64,000 nucleotides of DNA from an uncultured Bacilli bacterium (lineage in GTDB: Bacteria > Bacillota_I > Bacilli_A > RF39 > UBA660): positions 6,202 to 70,201 of the forward strand of contig CALVWP010000004.1 in the NCBI GenBank assembly GCA_944367495.1, written 5' to 3'. Position numbers and translations under genes: made by a program. Position 1 is the first letter of the stretch. Every line of letters begins with the position of its first letter. Positions 51,072 to 61,535 of the stretch are shown here, one piece after another. Below the pieces are notes generated by a model. The model was not told where the DNA came from. It was given only the letters and a program-made list of their open reading frames with translations, and searched no databases.

Positions 51072-51980
51072 ATGAAAAAGTTTATAGTAGTAACTTTATT
51101 AGTTATTATAATCCCTTTTTTATTTGTAACAATTTTTGTAAAAACAGATGACATAAAATTCAAATATAAAACAAATAATATTATCAGAGTCAAAGATGAA
51201 AAAACAAATAATATAAAAGAAATACCATTCGAAGAATATATTAAAGGAGTTGTCGCTGGCGAAATGCCAGCCACCTTTGAATTAGAAGCTTTAAAAGCCC
51301 AAGCAGTAGCTTCAAGAAGTTATGCCATGTATCAAATGACCAATAAAAATAAAGATTACGATGTCTTAAATACTACGGCCAATCAAGTTTATTTAACTGA
51401 TGAAGAGTTAAAAGAAAATTGGAAAGAAGATTACCCTACAAAAATAAATAAAATAAAAAAAGCTATTGCCCAAACAAGCGGTGAATACTTAACCTATAAT
51501 GGAGAAATAGTCAATGCCATGTTTTTCTCAACTAGTGTTGGAGCTACCGAAAATAGTGAAGAAGTATTTGTCTCTGCCCTACCTTATTTAAGAAGTGTCG
51601 ATAGCAAATGGGATGAAGCCTCACCAGCTTATAGCGATACATATACGTTTACCTTAGAAGATTTTTATAGCAAATTATCTTTACCTTATAACAAAAAATT
51701 AACTATCGAAGTAACATCAAAAACATCGACCGGCCGCACTAGAACTTTAAAAATAAATGGAACTGAACTAAATGGTAGAGATGTCGCCACAAAACTTTCA
51801 TTAAGATCAAATTATTTTGATATAATTCAAAACGAAAACCATATAACCATTACTACAAAAGGATTTGGTCATGGTGTTGGTATGAGCCAATATGGTGCGA
51901 ACGGAATGGCTAAAGAAGGTTATACATATGATCAAATTTTAAAACATTACTACAAAAACACAGAAATTCAAAAAAAATAG
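51072..51980 (+). CDS. spoIID: Stage II sporulation protein D (SpoIID/LytB-family lytic transglycosylase)
   Basis: 302 aa. SpoIID-domain block VVAGEMPATFELEALKAQAVASRSYAM. Confidence 0.85.
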   Translation: MKKFIVVTLLVIIIPFLFVTIFVKTDDIKFKYKTNNIIRVKDEKTNNIKEIPFEEYIKGVVAGEMPATFELEALKAQAVASRSYAMYQMTNKNKDYDVLNTTANQVYLTDEELKENWKEDYPTKINKIKKAIAQTSGEYLTYNGEIVNAMFFSTSVGATENSEEVFVSALPYLRSVDSKWDEASPAYSDTYTFTLEDFYSKLSLPYNKKLTIEVTSKTSTGRTRTLKINGTELNGRDVATKLSLRSNYFDIIQNENHITITTKGFGHGVGMSQYGANGMAKEGYTYDQILKHYYKNTEIQKK

Positions 51981-52005
51981 TATAAAAACCTCAAAATCAA
52001 CCAAA

Positions 52006-52668
52006 ATGATAGTAGAGGTGAAAAAAATGGAAAAATTAAAGTTAAAAAAACCAGTTATCTATGGAATGTGCTTTGGTATTGGTACTTTACTATTAGGTGG
52101 ACTATGGTATGCTGATATATCGCAAAAGTCATTAAAAAACAATGAAGATGATCTTATCTATGTTTCAAAACTATTTGATGATGGTATTCAATCAGTTGTT
52201 AGTACACAAAATACTATAATTAAACCATATAATAATACTTCAGTCAAAGCTTTAAACAACTTCTATGATTATAAAGCCGATGAAAAGACACAACAAAATT
52301 CCATCATAAATTACGAAACCACATATATTCAAAATAGCGGGATAGCTTATGGCGGAATCAACGATACCTTTGATGTTATAAGTGTTTTGCCGGGAACTGT
52401 CGCATCAGTAAAAGAAGATAAATTAGTAGGTAAAATAGTTACTGTTGAACATGACTCAAACATTGTTACTATATATCAAAGTTTAAGTGAAGTTACTGTC
52501 AAAGAAGGTGATGTCGTCGCTCAAGGAACCATCATAGGAAAAGCCGGCGAATCAAATTTGGAAAAAGACTTGGGTAATCATGTTTTATTTGAAATAACAA
52601 TTAACGGAAAATATGTAAATCCAGACAACTGTTATAATAAAAAAATAGAACAGTTAAAGAGTAATTAA
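52006..52668 (+). CDS. LytM/M23-domain membrane protein, SpoIIQ-like
   Basis: 220 aa. N-terminal TM segment and a C-terminal M23 fold retaining a His (GNHVLFEITINGKYVNP). The position between spoIID and spoIIID matches clostridial spoIIQ loci. Confidence 0.6.
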   Translation: MIVEVKKMEKLKLKKPVIYGMCFGIGTLLLGGLWYADISQKSLKNNEDDLIYVSKLFDDGIQSVVSTQNTIIKPYNNTSVKALNNFYDYKADEKTQQNSIINYETTYIQNSGIAYGGINDTFDVISVLPGTVASVKEDKLVGKIVTVEHDSNIVTIYQSLSEVTVKEGDVVAQGTIIGKAGESNLEKDLGNHVLFEITINGKYVNPDNCYNKKIEQLKSN

Positions 52669-52757
52669 AACTCTTTTTTTCTATTCTTAAATTTTTTCCG
52701 GCAACTTTTTCATGTTTCTAAACTGAAATTTATATACTTAAATTAGAGGGAGATTTC

Positions 52758-53030
52758 ATGGAAAAACATATCAAAGAAAGAATATATAAAGAGGCAAATT
52801 ACCTTCTAAAGACAAATAAAACTTTAAGACAGTTAGCTAAAATATTTAATTTATCAAAAAGTAGTATTCATAAAGACTTAAAAGAACGTTTAAAAACCGT
52901 CGATATTAACCTTTATCATAAGGTACAAATAGTTTTTCAAAACCACATAAAAACAAGACATCTAAAAGGCGGTGAATCAACGAAAAAAAAGTACCAAAAA
53001 AAGGCAATATTATTATCAAAAATAAAATAG
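52758..53030 (+). CDS. spoIIID: Sporulation transcriptional regulator SpoIIID
   Basis: 90 aa. IKERIYKEANYLLKTNKTLRQLAKIFNLSKSSIHKDL...IKTRHLKGGESTKKKY aligns closely with B. subtilis SpoIIID. Upstream of mbl as in Bacillus. Confidence 0.9.
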   Translation: MEKHIKERIYKEANYLLKTNKTLRQLAKIFNLSKSSIHKDLKERLKTVDINLYHKVQIVFQNHIKTRHLKGGESTKKKYQKKAILLSKIK

Positions 53031-53065
53031 GTATGGTATAATATTTTAAGAAAAAGGGTGATAAT

Positions 53066-54073
53066 ATGTTTTCAAAAGATATTGGAATAGATTTAGGAAC
53101 AGCAAACGTTTTAATTTATATTAAAGGTCAAGGAATAGTTTTAAATGAGCCTAGCGTGGTTGCTATTGATGAAGAAACAAAAAGGCCAGTAGCGGTTGGT
53201 ACAACAGCTAAAGAAATGCTTGGAAGAACACCTGGCCAAGTAAAAGCTATAAGACCAATGAAAGATGGTGTCATTGCTGATTTTGAAATAACTGAAATCA
53301 TGTTAAATAATTTTATCAGAAAAGTTAATGGAAAAAGTTTTTTTGGTCGTCCAAGAATTTTAATTTGTTGTCCATCTAACATTACTCAAGTAGAAAAGAA
53401 TGCTATTAGAGAAGCTGCTGAAAAAACCGGAGCCAGAAAAGTATATTTAGAAGAAGAACCTAAAGTAGCCGCTGTAGGTGCCGGCATGGACATATCAAAA
53501 CCGAGTGGCAACATGGTTATTGATATTGGTGGAGGTACAACTGACGTTGCTGTTTTATCTTTAGGTGGTATAGTAACTTCTTCATCAATTAAAATAGCCG
53601 GTAATGTATTTGATAACGATATTATTAAATATATCAGAGAAAAATATAAATTATTAATTGGTGATAGAACGGCTGAAGAAATAAAATTTGAAATTGGAAC
53701 TGTTTTCCCAGGATCTAGAGATGAAAAAATGGAAGTTAGGGGGCGTGATTTAGTCACCGGACTTCCTCACACAATAACATTAACTTCTGAAGAAGTTGAA
53801 GAAGCCTTAAGAGAGAGTGCTTACATCATTGTAAATACTGCTAAATCAGTTTTAGAACAAACGCCACCAGAATTATCAGCAGATATAATTGATAAAGGTA
53901 TTGTAATCACTGGTGGAGGAGCTTTATTAAATGGTATCGATCAACTGCTAAGTCATGAATTAAAAGTTCCTGTATTTGTTGCCGAAAGTCCATTAACTTG
54001 TGTCGTTGAAGGAACCGGTGTACTACTTGAAAATATACCATTATTAGAAAGTGGTTTAAATAAAAATTATTAG
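53066..54073 (+). CDS. mbl: Rod-shape-determining actin homologue MreB/Mbl
   Basis: 335 aa. MFSKDIGIDLGTANVLIY N-terminus and actin-fold phosphate loops. Confidence 0.93.
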   Translation: MFSKDIGIDLGTANVLIYIKGQGIVLNEPSVVAIDEETKRPVAVGTTAKEMLGRTPGQVKAIRPMKDGVIADFEITEIMLNNFIRKVNGKSFFGRPRILICCPSNITQVEKNAIREAAEKTGARKVYLEEEPKVAAVGAGMDISKPSGNMVIDIGGGTTDVAVLSLGGIVTSSSIKIAGNVFDNDIIKYIREKYKLLIGDRTAEEIKFEIGTVFPGSRDEKMEVRGRDLVTGLPHTITLTSEEVEEALRESAYIIVNTAKSVLEQTPPELSADIIDKGIVITGGGALLNGIDQLLSHELKVPVFVAESPLTCVVEGTGVLLENIPLLESGLNKNY

Positions 54074-54102
54074 GCCATAATATAATTAGAAAGGGGTCAA
54101 GT

Positions 54103-55503
54103 ATGGAAGCTAAAGAACTAGAAAAGAAATTGTTTAGACCGATAAAAAACGGTTGGCAAAGTATAGACGAAGAAGAAAGAAAAAATATATTTGATTTTTC
54201 TAAAGAGTATATTAATTTTATCAATAAAGCAAAAACCGAAAGAGAATGCGTTAAAGAAATTGTTAAAATATTAAAAGCAAATAATTTTCAAAACATAGAA
54301 GAAAAGGAATCTTTAAAAGCTGGTGATAAAGTATATTATATTAATAGAGAAAAAAATATATATGCTGCCGTCATAGGTGAAGAAGATTTAAGTAAAGGTT
54401 TTAATATAATAGGTGCTCATATCGATAGCCCAAGATTAGATTTAAAACCAAATCCTTTATATGAAAGCAAAGAATTAGCTCTCTTCAAAACTCATTATTA
54501 TGGTGGAATAAAGAAATACCAATGGGTAAACATACCATTGAGTATGCATGGAGTAGTAGTTACAAAAGATAAAAAAATCGAAATAAATATTGGAGAAAAA
54601 GAAGAAGAACCAGTATTTACAATTGCCGACTTGCTTCCGCATTTAGCTAAAAAACAAGAAGAAAAAAAATTAGAAGAAGCTATTGAAGGAGAAGATTTAA
54701 ATATTTTAGTTGGAAGTATGCCTTATGCTGCCGAAGATATAAAAGAAAAAGTAAAATTAAACATTCTAAATATTTTAAATCAAAAATATGGTATAACCGA
54801 AAGAGACTTTGTCAGTAGTGAAATTGAATTTGTACCAGCTATGAAAGCCAAAAATTTAGGGTTTGACGAAAGTTTAGTGGCCGGTTATGGTCAAGATGAT
54901 AGAGTGTGTGCATATACCAGTTTAAAAGCCTTAACTAAAATAGATAAAGTTAAACAAACAGCCATATGTTTACTAGCTGATAAAGAAGAAATAGGAAGTA
55001 TGGGAAACACAGGTATGTCATCAAAAGTCTTTGAACATTTTATAAATGAACTATTAGAAAAAACCATAGGAAATAAAGCTGGCCTAATAGATAAATGCTT
55101 GAAAAACACCAAAGTACTTTCAGCCGATGTTACTGCAGGTTATAACCCAAATTTCCCTAGTATTTATGAAGAAAATAATGAATCATATATAGGATATGGG
55201 ATATCTATAATAAAATATACCGGTAGCGCTTCTAAAGGTGGGGCATCAGACGCCAATGCTGAATTTGTAGGTTATGTTCGCAATCTTTTTGAAAAAAATA
55301 ATATAGCTTATCAAAATAGTGAAATGGGAAAAATAGGAATTGGTGGTGGTGGAACCATAGCTTATATTTTAGCCGATAGAGGCTCTGATGTATTAGACTG
55401 TGGTGTTCCAGTATTATCAATGCATTCACCATATGAAATAACAAGTAAATTTGATATATATAATGCTTATAAAGCATATAAAGTTTTCTATAAAGGCGAA
55501 TAA
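54103..55503 (+). CDS. M18-family aminopeptidase
   Basis: 466 aa. GAHIDSPRLDLKPNP block and C-terminal metal-ligand regions typical of M18 (ApeA-like). Confidence 0.7.
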   Translation: MEAKELEKKLFRPIKNGWQSIDEEERKNIFDFSKEYINFINKAKTERECVKEIVKILKANNFQNIEEKESLKAGDKVYYINREKNIYAAVIGEEDLSKGFNIIGAHIDSPRLDLKPNPLYESKELALFKTHYYGGIKKYQWVNIPLSMHGVVVTKDKKIEINIGEKEEEPVFTIADLLPHLAKKQEEKKLEEAIEGEDLNILVGSMPYAAEDIKEKVKLNILNILNQKYGITERDFVSSEIEFVPAMKAKNLGFDESLVAGYGQDDRVCAYTSLKALTKIDKVKQTAICLLADKEEIGSMGNTGMSSKVFEHFINELLEKTIGNKAGLIDKCLKNTKVLSADVTAGYNPNFPSIYEENNESYIGYGISIIKYTGSASKGGASDANAEFVGYVRNLFEKNNIAYQNSEMGKIGIGGGGTIAYILADRGSDVLDCGVPVLSMHSPYEITSKFDIYNAYKAYKVFYKGE

Positions 55504-55587
55504 TTCGTCTTTTTTTGCCTTAAAAACATGTAAGCTAGCTATTATATACAAAATATGATACAATAAAACCATAAGAGGTGAGATTTC

Positions 55588-56643
55588 ATGGGACAATCAG
55601 AAATAATCAAAATATTTCTCATGATTATGACAACATTCTTATTTGTTGTATTTTTAATTCCGTTTATTAAAAAAATCGCTATTCATGTTGGTGCGTTAGA
55701 TATACCAAACAAACGAAAAGTTCACAGTAAACCCATGCCAAGATTAGGTGGACTTGCCATATTCTTAGGTTTCTTATTTGGTTATATGCTTTTTGGAGAA
55801 CCAAGTAGTACTATGAATTCTATTTTAATCGGTAGTTTCATCATAGTACTAACTGGAGCTATTGATGATATTAAACCATTAAAAGCTTCAGTCAAATTTG
55901 TATCACAGTTAATGGCTGCTATTGTAGTAACCTGTTATGGGAAATTATTAATCCAAGATATTACAGCCTTTGGTATTTACCATGATTTGGGAATATTCGC
56001 CTACCCTATTACAATATTTTTTATCTTAGGTTGTTTAAACTGTATTAATTTAATTGATGGATTAGATGGTTTAGCTGCTGGAATCAGTTCAATTTATTTT
56101 GCTACTGTTGGAATTATAGCTATCATAATGGGAAAAACAGGCTTAGATTTCATTTTAACCTTTATTATGTTAGGTTCAGTTTTAGGATTTCTAGTTCATA
56201 ATTTTCATCCAGCCAGTATTTTTGCCGGAGATTCCGGATCTCTATTCATGGGCTTTATGATAGCTGTAATAGCCCTACTTGGTTTTAAAAGTGTTACATT
56301 AACATCTTTAATCATTCCTTTACTTATATTAGCAATTCCAATATTAGATACTATATTTGCTATTATTAGAAGGATTTTAAAAGGTGAAAAAATTTCAAAA
56401 CCCGACAAATCACACTTACATCATCAGCTATTAAACAAAAATTTTTCTCATCGTACAACAGTGTTAATCATATATGCCATTGATATTTTATTTGCTATAG
56501 CCTCAATTATTTATGCACTTCACGATCAAAAATTAGGATATGTTATATATGCAATATTAACTATTATTGTAGTAGTGTTTGTATTAAAAACAGATATTAT
56601 TGTTGATAAAGCCGCATTTCATAAGAAACATAAAGAAAAATAA
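55588..56643 (+). CDS. tagO: Undecaprenyl-phosphate N-acetylglucosaminyl-1-phosphate transferase (TagO/WecA, glycosyltransferase family 4)
   Basis: 351 aa. IPNKRKVHSKPMPRLGGLAIFLGF and DDxxD-like NLIDGLDGLA motifs. Confidence 0.85.
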   Translation: MGQSEIIKIFLMIMTTFLFVVFLIPFIKKIAIHVGALDIPNKRKVHSKPMPRLGGLAIFLGFLFGYMLFGEPSSTMNSILIGSFIIVLTGAIDDIKPLKASVKFVSQLMAAIVVTCYGKLLIQDITAFGIYHDLGIFAYPITIFFILGCLNCINLIDGLDGLAAGISSIYFATVGIIAIIMGKTGLDFILTFIMLGSVLGFLVHNFHPASIFAGDSGSLFMGFMIAVIALLGFKSVTLTSLIIPLLILAIPILDTIFAIIRRILKGEKISKPDKSHLHHQLLNKNFSHRTTVLIIYAIDILFAIASIIYALHDQKLGYVIYAILTIIVVVFVLKTDIIVDKAAFHKKHKEK

Positions 56644-56695
56644 TTATCACAAGCATAATTATTTTTTTAATGACAATAATATAAATGGTGATTTT

Positions 56696-57415
56696 ATGAC
56701 AAAAGAAATAATAGAAATATTAGATGTAATTTTAAGGTGTTTACTGTCTTTAATTACCTTGTTTTTTGTCACTAAAATGATTGGTAAAAAACAAGTATCT
56801 CAGTTTAGCTTATTTGATTACGTCATTGGAATTTCTATAGGTAATTTTGCCGCTGAAATGGCTTTAAATTTAGATTCAGATTACTTACACGGAATCGTCG
56901 CTGTAGTTGTTTTTGGCTTAGTCGCCTATTTAGTTTCCCTTATAACTTTAAAAAACTTAAAAGCCAGAAAATTTTTTATAGGCGATCCTACTATTATTAT
57001 AGAAGATGGCAAAATTTTATATAAAAACTTAAAACAAACAAAATTTGATATTAATGATTTATTAGAAGAATGCCGAATAAATGGTTACTTTGATATATCG
57101 CAAATTGACTATGCTTTAATGGAAGCTAATGGTAAAGTAAGTTTTTTAGCAAAACCAGATTATCAAACTCCAAGTAACAAAGATTTAAAAATAAAAAAAG
57201 ATAAAACAGGATTATGCGCAAATCTAATCATAGATGGACAAATAATTTATGAATCTTTAAAAACAATGCATAAAGATGAAGCTTGGTTAATGCATGAATT
57301 AAAAGTTCAAGGTTATAAAAAAGAAGACGTAATTTTAGCTACTTTGGATTTAAAAGAAACTTTTAAAGTTTACGGAAAAAACGTCAACTCTAAAAGCTAT
57401 GACATTTTAAACTAG
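56696..57415 (+). CDS. DUF421-family membrane protein (YetF/YdfS-like)
   Basis: Start at the ATG after an AATGGTGA RBS (the track starts at 56600 and overlaps tagO). Conserved FDYVIGISIGNFAAEMAL block. Confidence 0.65.
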   Translation: MTKEIIEILDVILRCLLSLITLFFVTKMIGKKQVSQFSLFDYVIGISIGNFAAEMALNLDSDYLHGIVAVVVFGLVAYLVSLITLKNLKARKFFIGDPTIIIEDGKILYKNLKQTKFDINDLLEECRINGYFDISQIDYALMEANGKVSFLAKPDYQTPSNKDLKIKKDKTGLCANLIIDGQIIYESLKTMHKDEAWLMHELKVQGYKKEDVILATLDLKETFKVYGKNVNSKSYDILN

Positions 57416-57457
57416 CTTTACCACCACATGTCTGTTATAATTATCTAGGTGATAAAA

Positions 57458-57913
57458 ATGAGACATTTTTGTGCATCTGCATACGTTGTTAATCCAGAAA
57501 ATAAAAAAGTACTACTCGTAAAACATAAAAAATATAATAAATGGCTTCAACCAGGAGGACATATTGAAGATAATGAAACTCCGGAAGAAGCAGCAGTTAG
57601 AGAAGTATATGAAGAAACTGGTATAAAAACAACTTTGATTGGTGAACATTTTCCAAGAGAAGACGACTTAGTAAGACCGCTTGGTATTCAATATAACCGT
57701 AAGGAAAATGGAGATCGAATGGTTGATATTGTTTATGCTGCTAAACCAAATAACCCAGAAGAACCTTTAAAAGTAAGTGATGAAAGTAATGACATCGGCT
57801 GGTTTTCAAGAAGAGAATTAGAAGAAATGTCCGTATTTCCGGATGTAAAAATATCTTTTGATTATATACTTAGAAATTACTTTGGAGTAACCGATGTATA
57901 TAAAGATAAATAG
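57458..57913 (+). CDS. NUDIX hydrolase
   Basis: Nudix box GGHIEDNETPEEAAVREVYEETGI. Start at the ATG 5 nt after a TAGGTGA RBS. Confidence 0.85.
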   Translation: MRHFCASAYVVNPENKKVLLVKHKKYNKWLQPGGHIEDNETPEEAAVREVYEETGIKTTLIGEHFPREDDLVRPLGIQYNRKENGDRMVDIVYAAKPNNPEEPLKVSDESNDIGWFSRRELEEMSVFPDVKISFDYILRNYFGVTDVYKDK

Positions 57914-58081
57914 CCGATAGATTTGTATCATCGGCTTTTATAAAGGTTTTATTTAAAAAACAAAATTAGAGCGCTCAACAAATTTTATACTTTAAAACAT
58001 AAGTAAATCAATTTTTTTAAATATTTACAATTGAATACAATAGTGCTATAATTGTTCCTGATGCAAAGAGAGGTAGTAAAC

Positions 58082-59893
58082 ATGAAACAAAGAAATATAG
58101 CTATAATTGCCCATGTTGACCATGGAAAAACCACTTTAGTTGATGAATTATTAAAACAATCAGGCACATTTAGAGATAATGAAACAGTTCAAATAAGAGC
58201 TATGGATTCCAATGCTTTAGAAAGAGAAAGAGGCATTACCATTTTAGCTAAGACTACATCTATTCATTATAAAGATTATCGTATAAATATATTAGATACC
58301 CCAGGTCATGCGGATTTTGGTGGCGAAGTAGAACGTATCATGAATATGGTTGATGGTGTGTTATTAGTTGTTGATGCCTATGAAGGAACCATGCCTCAGA
58401 CGAGATTTGTCTTAAAAAAAGCTTTAGAAGCTGGTGTTACCCCAATAGTTGTGGTTAATAAAATAGATAAACCATCGGCTAGACCAGTTCAAGTTGTTGA
58501 TGAAGTTATGGATTTATTTATCGAATTAGGAGCTTCATTAGAACAACTAGAATTTCCGGTTTTATATGCCTCAGCTTTAAATGGTACGTCTAGTACTTCA
58601 CCAAATATTACTACTCAAGAAAAAACTATGACCCCAATATTAGATGCAGTTATTGAAAACATCCCTGCCCCTAAAGTGGAAGAAAATGGTCCATTTCAAT
58701 TCCAACCAGCTCTTTTAGATTACAATGATTATGTTGGTAGAATTGGTATCGGATTAGTCAAAAGAGGTAACATAAAAGTAAATTCAACTGTAACCTGTAT
58801 GCGTTTAGATGGCAGCACTAAGCAATTTAGAATTCAAAAAATATTTGGGTTTCTTGGTTTAAATAAAGTTGAAATAGATGAAGCCCGTGCTGGAGATATA
58901 GTTGCCATTGCCGGACTACCAGATATTTCTGTTGGAGAAACGGTATGTGCAGTCGGCCATGAAGAAGCTTTACCACCACTTAGAATTGATGAGCCAACTT
59001 TACAAATGACTTTTGGCGTTAACACCAGTCCATTCAGTGGTAAAGATGGTAAGTTTTTAACAGCTAGACAAATTGAAGATAGATTAATGAAAGAAAAAGA
59101 TGTTTCTCTAAAAGTAAAACAAATAGATTCTGAAACTTGGATGGTCTCAGGTCGTGGAGAACTACATCTATCAATATTAATTGAAACTATGCGAAGAGAA
59201 GGTTACGAAATAGAGGTTTCAAAACCTCAAATCATTGTTAAAGAAATAAATGGTGTTAAATGCGAACCTTATGAAGATGTAGAAATAGAAGTTCCAGAAG
59301 AATATGTTGGTTCAGTGATTGAAGCATTAGGTAATCGTGGTGGCGCCATGGAAAATATGAAAGCCTTTGATAATCAAACCAAATTATTATACACCGTTCC
59401 CTCAAGAGGTTTAATTGGTTTTACTACCGAATTTATGACACTAACAAAGGGTTATGGAATTTTATCGCATGCTTTTAAATCTTATGAACCATTATCAAAT
59501 GGTAATATTGGTGAACGAAAAGCTGGTGTTTTAGTTTCTATTGATAATGGTAAAGCTACAGCATATGCTTTAGGTTCTTTAGAAGATAGAGGTGTTATGT
59601 TTGTATCTCCTGGCACTGATGTTTATGAGGGCATGATAGTTGGTGAAAATAATCATGAAAATGATTTAGCCGTAAACGTTACTAAAGGAAAACAGTTAAC
59701 TAACACAAGAAGTGCTAATAAAGATCATACAGTAGTTTTAAAAAGACCAAGAGAGATGAGTTTAGAAGTTTGCCTAGACTATATTAATGAAGATGAATTG
59801 GTTGAAGTAACTCCGTTAACTTATAGATTAAGAAAAAAAATATTAAACACTAATGAAAGAAAAAAACACGAAAACAAAAAAATTTCAAAATAA
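58082..59893 (+). CDS. typA: Translational GTPase TypA/BipA
   Basis: MKQRNIAIIAHVDHGKTTLVD G1 motif and EF-G-like domains. Start at the ATG after an AGAGAGG RBS. A terminator hairpin follows at about 59897-59920. Confidence 0.93.
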   Translation: MKQRNIAIIAHVDHGKTTLVDELLKQSGTFRDNETVQIRAMDSNALERERGITILAKTTSIHYKDYRINILDTPGHADFGGEVERIMNMVDGVLLVVDAYEGTMPQTRFVLKKALEAGVTPIVVVNKIDKPSARPVQVVDEVMDLFIELGASLEQLEFPVLYASALNGTSSTSPNITTQEKTMTPILDAVIENIPAPKVEENGPFQFQPALLDYNDYVGRIGIGLVKRGNIKVNSTVTCMRLDGSTKQFRIQKIFGFLGLNKVEIDEARAGDIVAIAGLPDISVGETVCAVGHEEALPPLRIDEPTLQMTFGVNTSPFSGKDGKFLTARQIEDRLMKEKDVSLKVKQIDSETWMVSGRGELHLSILIETMRREGYEIEVSKPQIIVKEINGVKCEPYEDVEIEVPEEYVGSVIEALGNRGGAMENMKAFDNQTKLLYTVPSRGLIGFTTEFMTLTKGYGILSHAFKSYEPLSNGNIGERKAGVLVSIDNGKATAYALGSLEDRGVMFVSPGTDVYEGMIVGENNHENDLAVNVTKGKQLTNTRSANKDHTVVLKRPREMSLEVCLDYINEDELVEVTPLTYRLRKKILNTNERKKHENKKISK

Positions 59894-59914
59894 AAGCTCC
59901 GCAAGGGAGTTTTT

Positions 59915-60625
59915 TTATTCTAAATTATCAATCGCATATTGCGCTTCTTCTTCAGTGAACTGTCCACCATATTCTGAAATTAGTTGATCATAAATGTCCG
60001 CTTTAGACATGTGTAAAGTTTCCTGATAAGACTTAGCTGAAGCAAGTGCATTAGCATTCCAATCAGCCTCAATATTATCGATTGCATATTGTGCAGCATC
60101 TGCTTCAAATTGTCCACCATACTCTGAAACTAGTTGATCATAAATAGCTGCTTTGGACATATGTAAATTTTTAGAATATGATTCAGCTTGAGCCAAAGCA
60201 TTTTTTTGTTCTGTAGTAGGTTCTTTACCTAGTGAAAATTTAATTGTAATTGTCTCATTTTCATAAACGTTTTTATCGGCATCTACACTTTGACTAATAA
60301 ATGATCCTTTAGCCACACTATCAGAATATTCTTCTTCAATCTTACAAGTGACTTTATTTTCTTCACACCAAGTATCGATATCTGCTTTTGTCATATCGCT
60401 AAAATCTGTAACCGTAACCTTGTTTTTAGAAGTAGAAGCATTATCTTCGCTTGTGCCTTCACCAAAAACTAGTCCAATTACGATAATTACAGCTAATACA
60501 ATAAGAACAATTTGCCAAACCGGCATACTCTGTTTTGCATTACATTCTGGACAAAATTTAGCATTTTTGTCTATTTCCTTTCCACATTTTTTACATATTT
60601 TTGTATTTTTCATTTCATACTTCAC
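59915..60625 (-). CDS. Zinc-ribbon/TM protein with two tandem Ltp-family (host cell surface-exposed lipoprotein) repeats
   Basis: 236 aa. N-terminal CKKCGKEIDKNAKFCPEC zinc ribbon, one TM helix, and a duplicated ~44-aa Ltp motif (SKxxIYDQLxSEYGGQFxxxxAQYAIDN). Confidence 0.7.
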   Translation of the reverse strand: MKYEMKNTKICKKCGKEIDKNAKFCPECNAKQSMPVWQIVLIVLAVIIVIGLVFGEGTSEDNASTSKNKVTVTDFSDMTKADIDTWCEENKVTCKIEEEYSDSVAKGSFISQSVDADKNVYENETITIKFSLGKEPTTEQKNALAQAESYSKNLHMSKAAIYDQLVSEYGGQFEADAAQYAIDNIEADWNANALASAKSYQETLHMSKADIYDQLISEYGGQFTEEEAQYAIDNLE

Positions 60626-60769
60626 TCCTTTACTACAAAAATATATATTAAAACTTCTGTACTAGCAAGTCTTAATTGCAATTAAGGTGTTTATAATAAA
60701 CGATTAATCTATTTTAATTATATAACTAAGATTAAAAAAAGTAAATATGAAAAAAACGTGAAAAAAACA

Positions 60770-61441
60770 TTATTTTGTTTCACCTGTATTTTTAAATTCA
60801 ACTATATCTTTATCATTATTATAAATTGGAACAATTGAAATAACATAACCATATTTATTTTCAAAAGAAATTCTAATATCCGTTTCATTACTTATACTTT
60901 TTCGAATAATAATCTGTCTTTTATTTACATTTTCTTCACTATAAAGTAAATCGACATCAGTAAATTTGCCATTTTCCATCTCTATTTCATTAATTTTAAA
61001 ATTAATTACCTTTTCGCCAAAATTTATAACAATATAATTAGATGTTTTATCAAGTATAATAATTTCATCATCACCATCAGTTTCAAAATTTTTCATATAA
61101 TCTATCGTATAAAAGTCTGTATTTGTATATTTTTTAGTCAATTTTTGTAAATATGTGTTTAATTTTGTGTTCTCCCCTACTTTACCATCATATTTAATTT
61201 CATCATCACTTAAAGAAAAATAATATATTTCATCAGTTGTTTTTATAGTCAATTTATTAGCTAAATCCTTATCTTCTTTCTTACTGTAACGTGTATTAAT
61301 TAAGTTTTTAACATTATTAAAATCATCTTCATTTATATAAATGTCATTATATTTTATTTCCGTAATTTCTCCTTGAATATTTAATGATTTTGAACAACCA
61401 CATAACAAAAAAACTAAAAATAAAGTAACAAACTTTCGCAT
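60770..61441 (-). CDS. Hypothetical lipoprotein
   Basis: MRKFVTLFLVFLLCGC lipobox. Start set at the ATG after an AGGTGA RBS. Confidence 0.6.
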   Translation of the reverse strand: MRKFVTLFLVFLLCGCSKSLNIQGEITEIKYNDIYINEDDFNNVKNLINTRYSKKEDKDLANKLTIKTTDEIYYFSLSDDEIKYDGKVGENTKLNTYLQKLTKKYTNTDFYTIDYMKNFETDGDDEIIILDKTSNYIVINFGEKVINFKINEIEMENGKFTDVDLLYSEENVNKRQIIIRKSISNETDIRISFENKYGYVISIVPIYNNDKDIVEFKNTGETK

Positions 61442-61535
61442 ACTATCACCTATCATTATTATTATGTGTTATTTTTATAAAAAAATACTTGTAAAAACAA
61501 GTATAAAAACATTAAATATATTTTAAATAACAATT

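Noticed and set aside
56600-56695. Upstream extension of the DUF421 gene in the ORF track (start 56600, overlapping tagO by 43 nt).
   Set aside because: An internal ATG at 56696 has a proper GGTGA-type RBS and begins the conserved domain. The 32-aa extension is low complexity and overlaps tagO.
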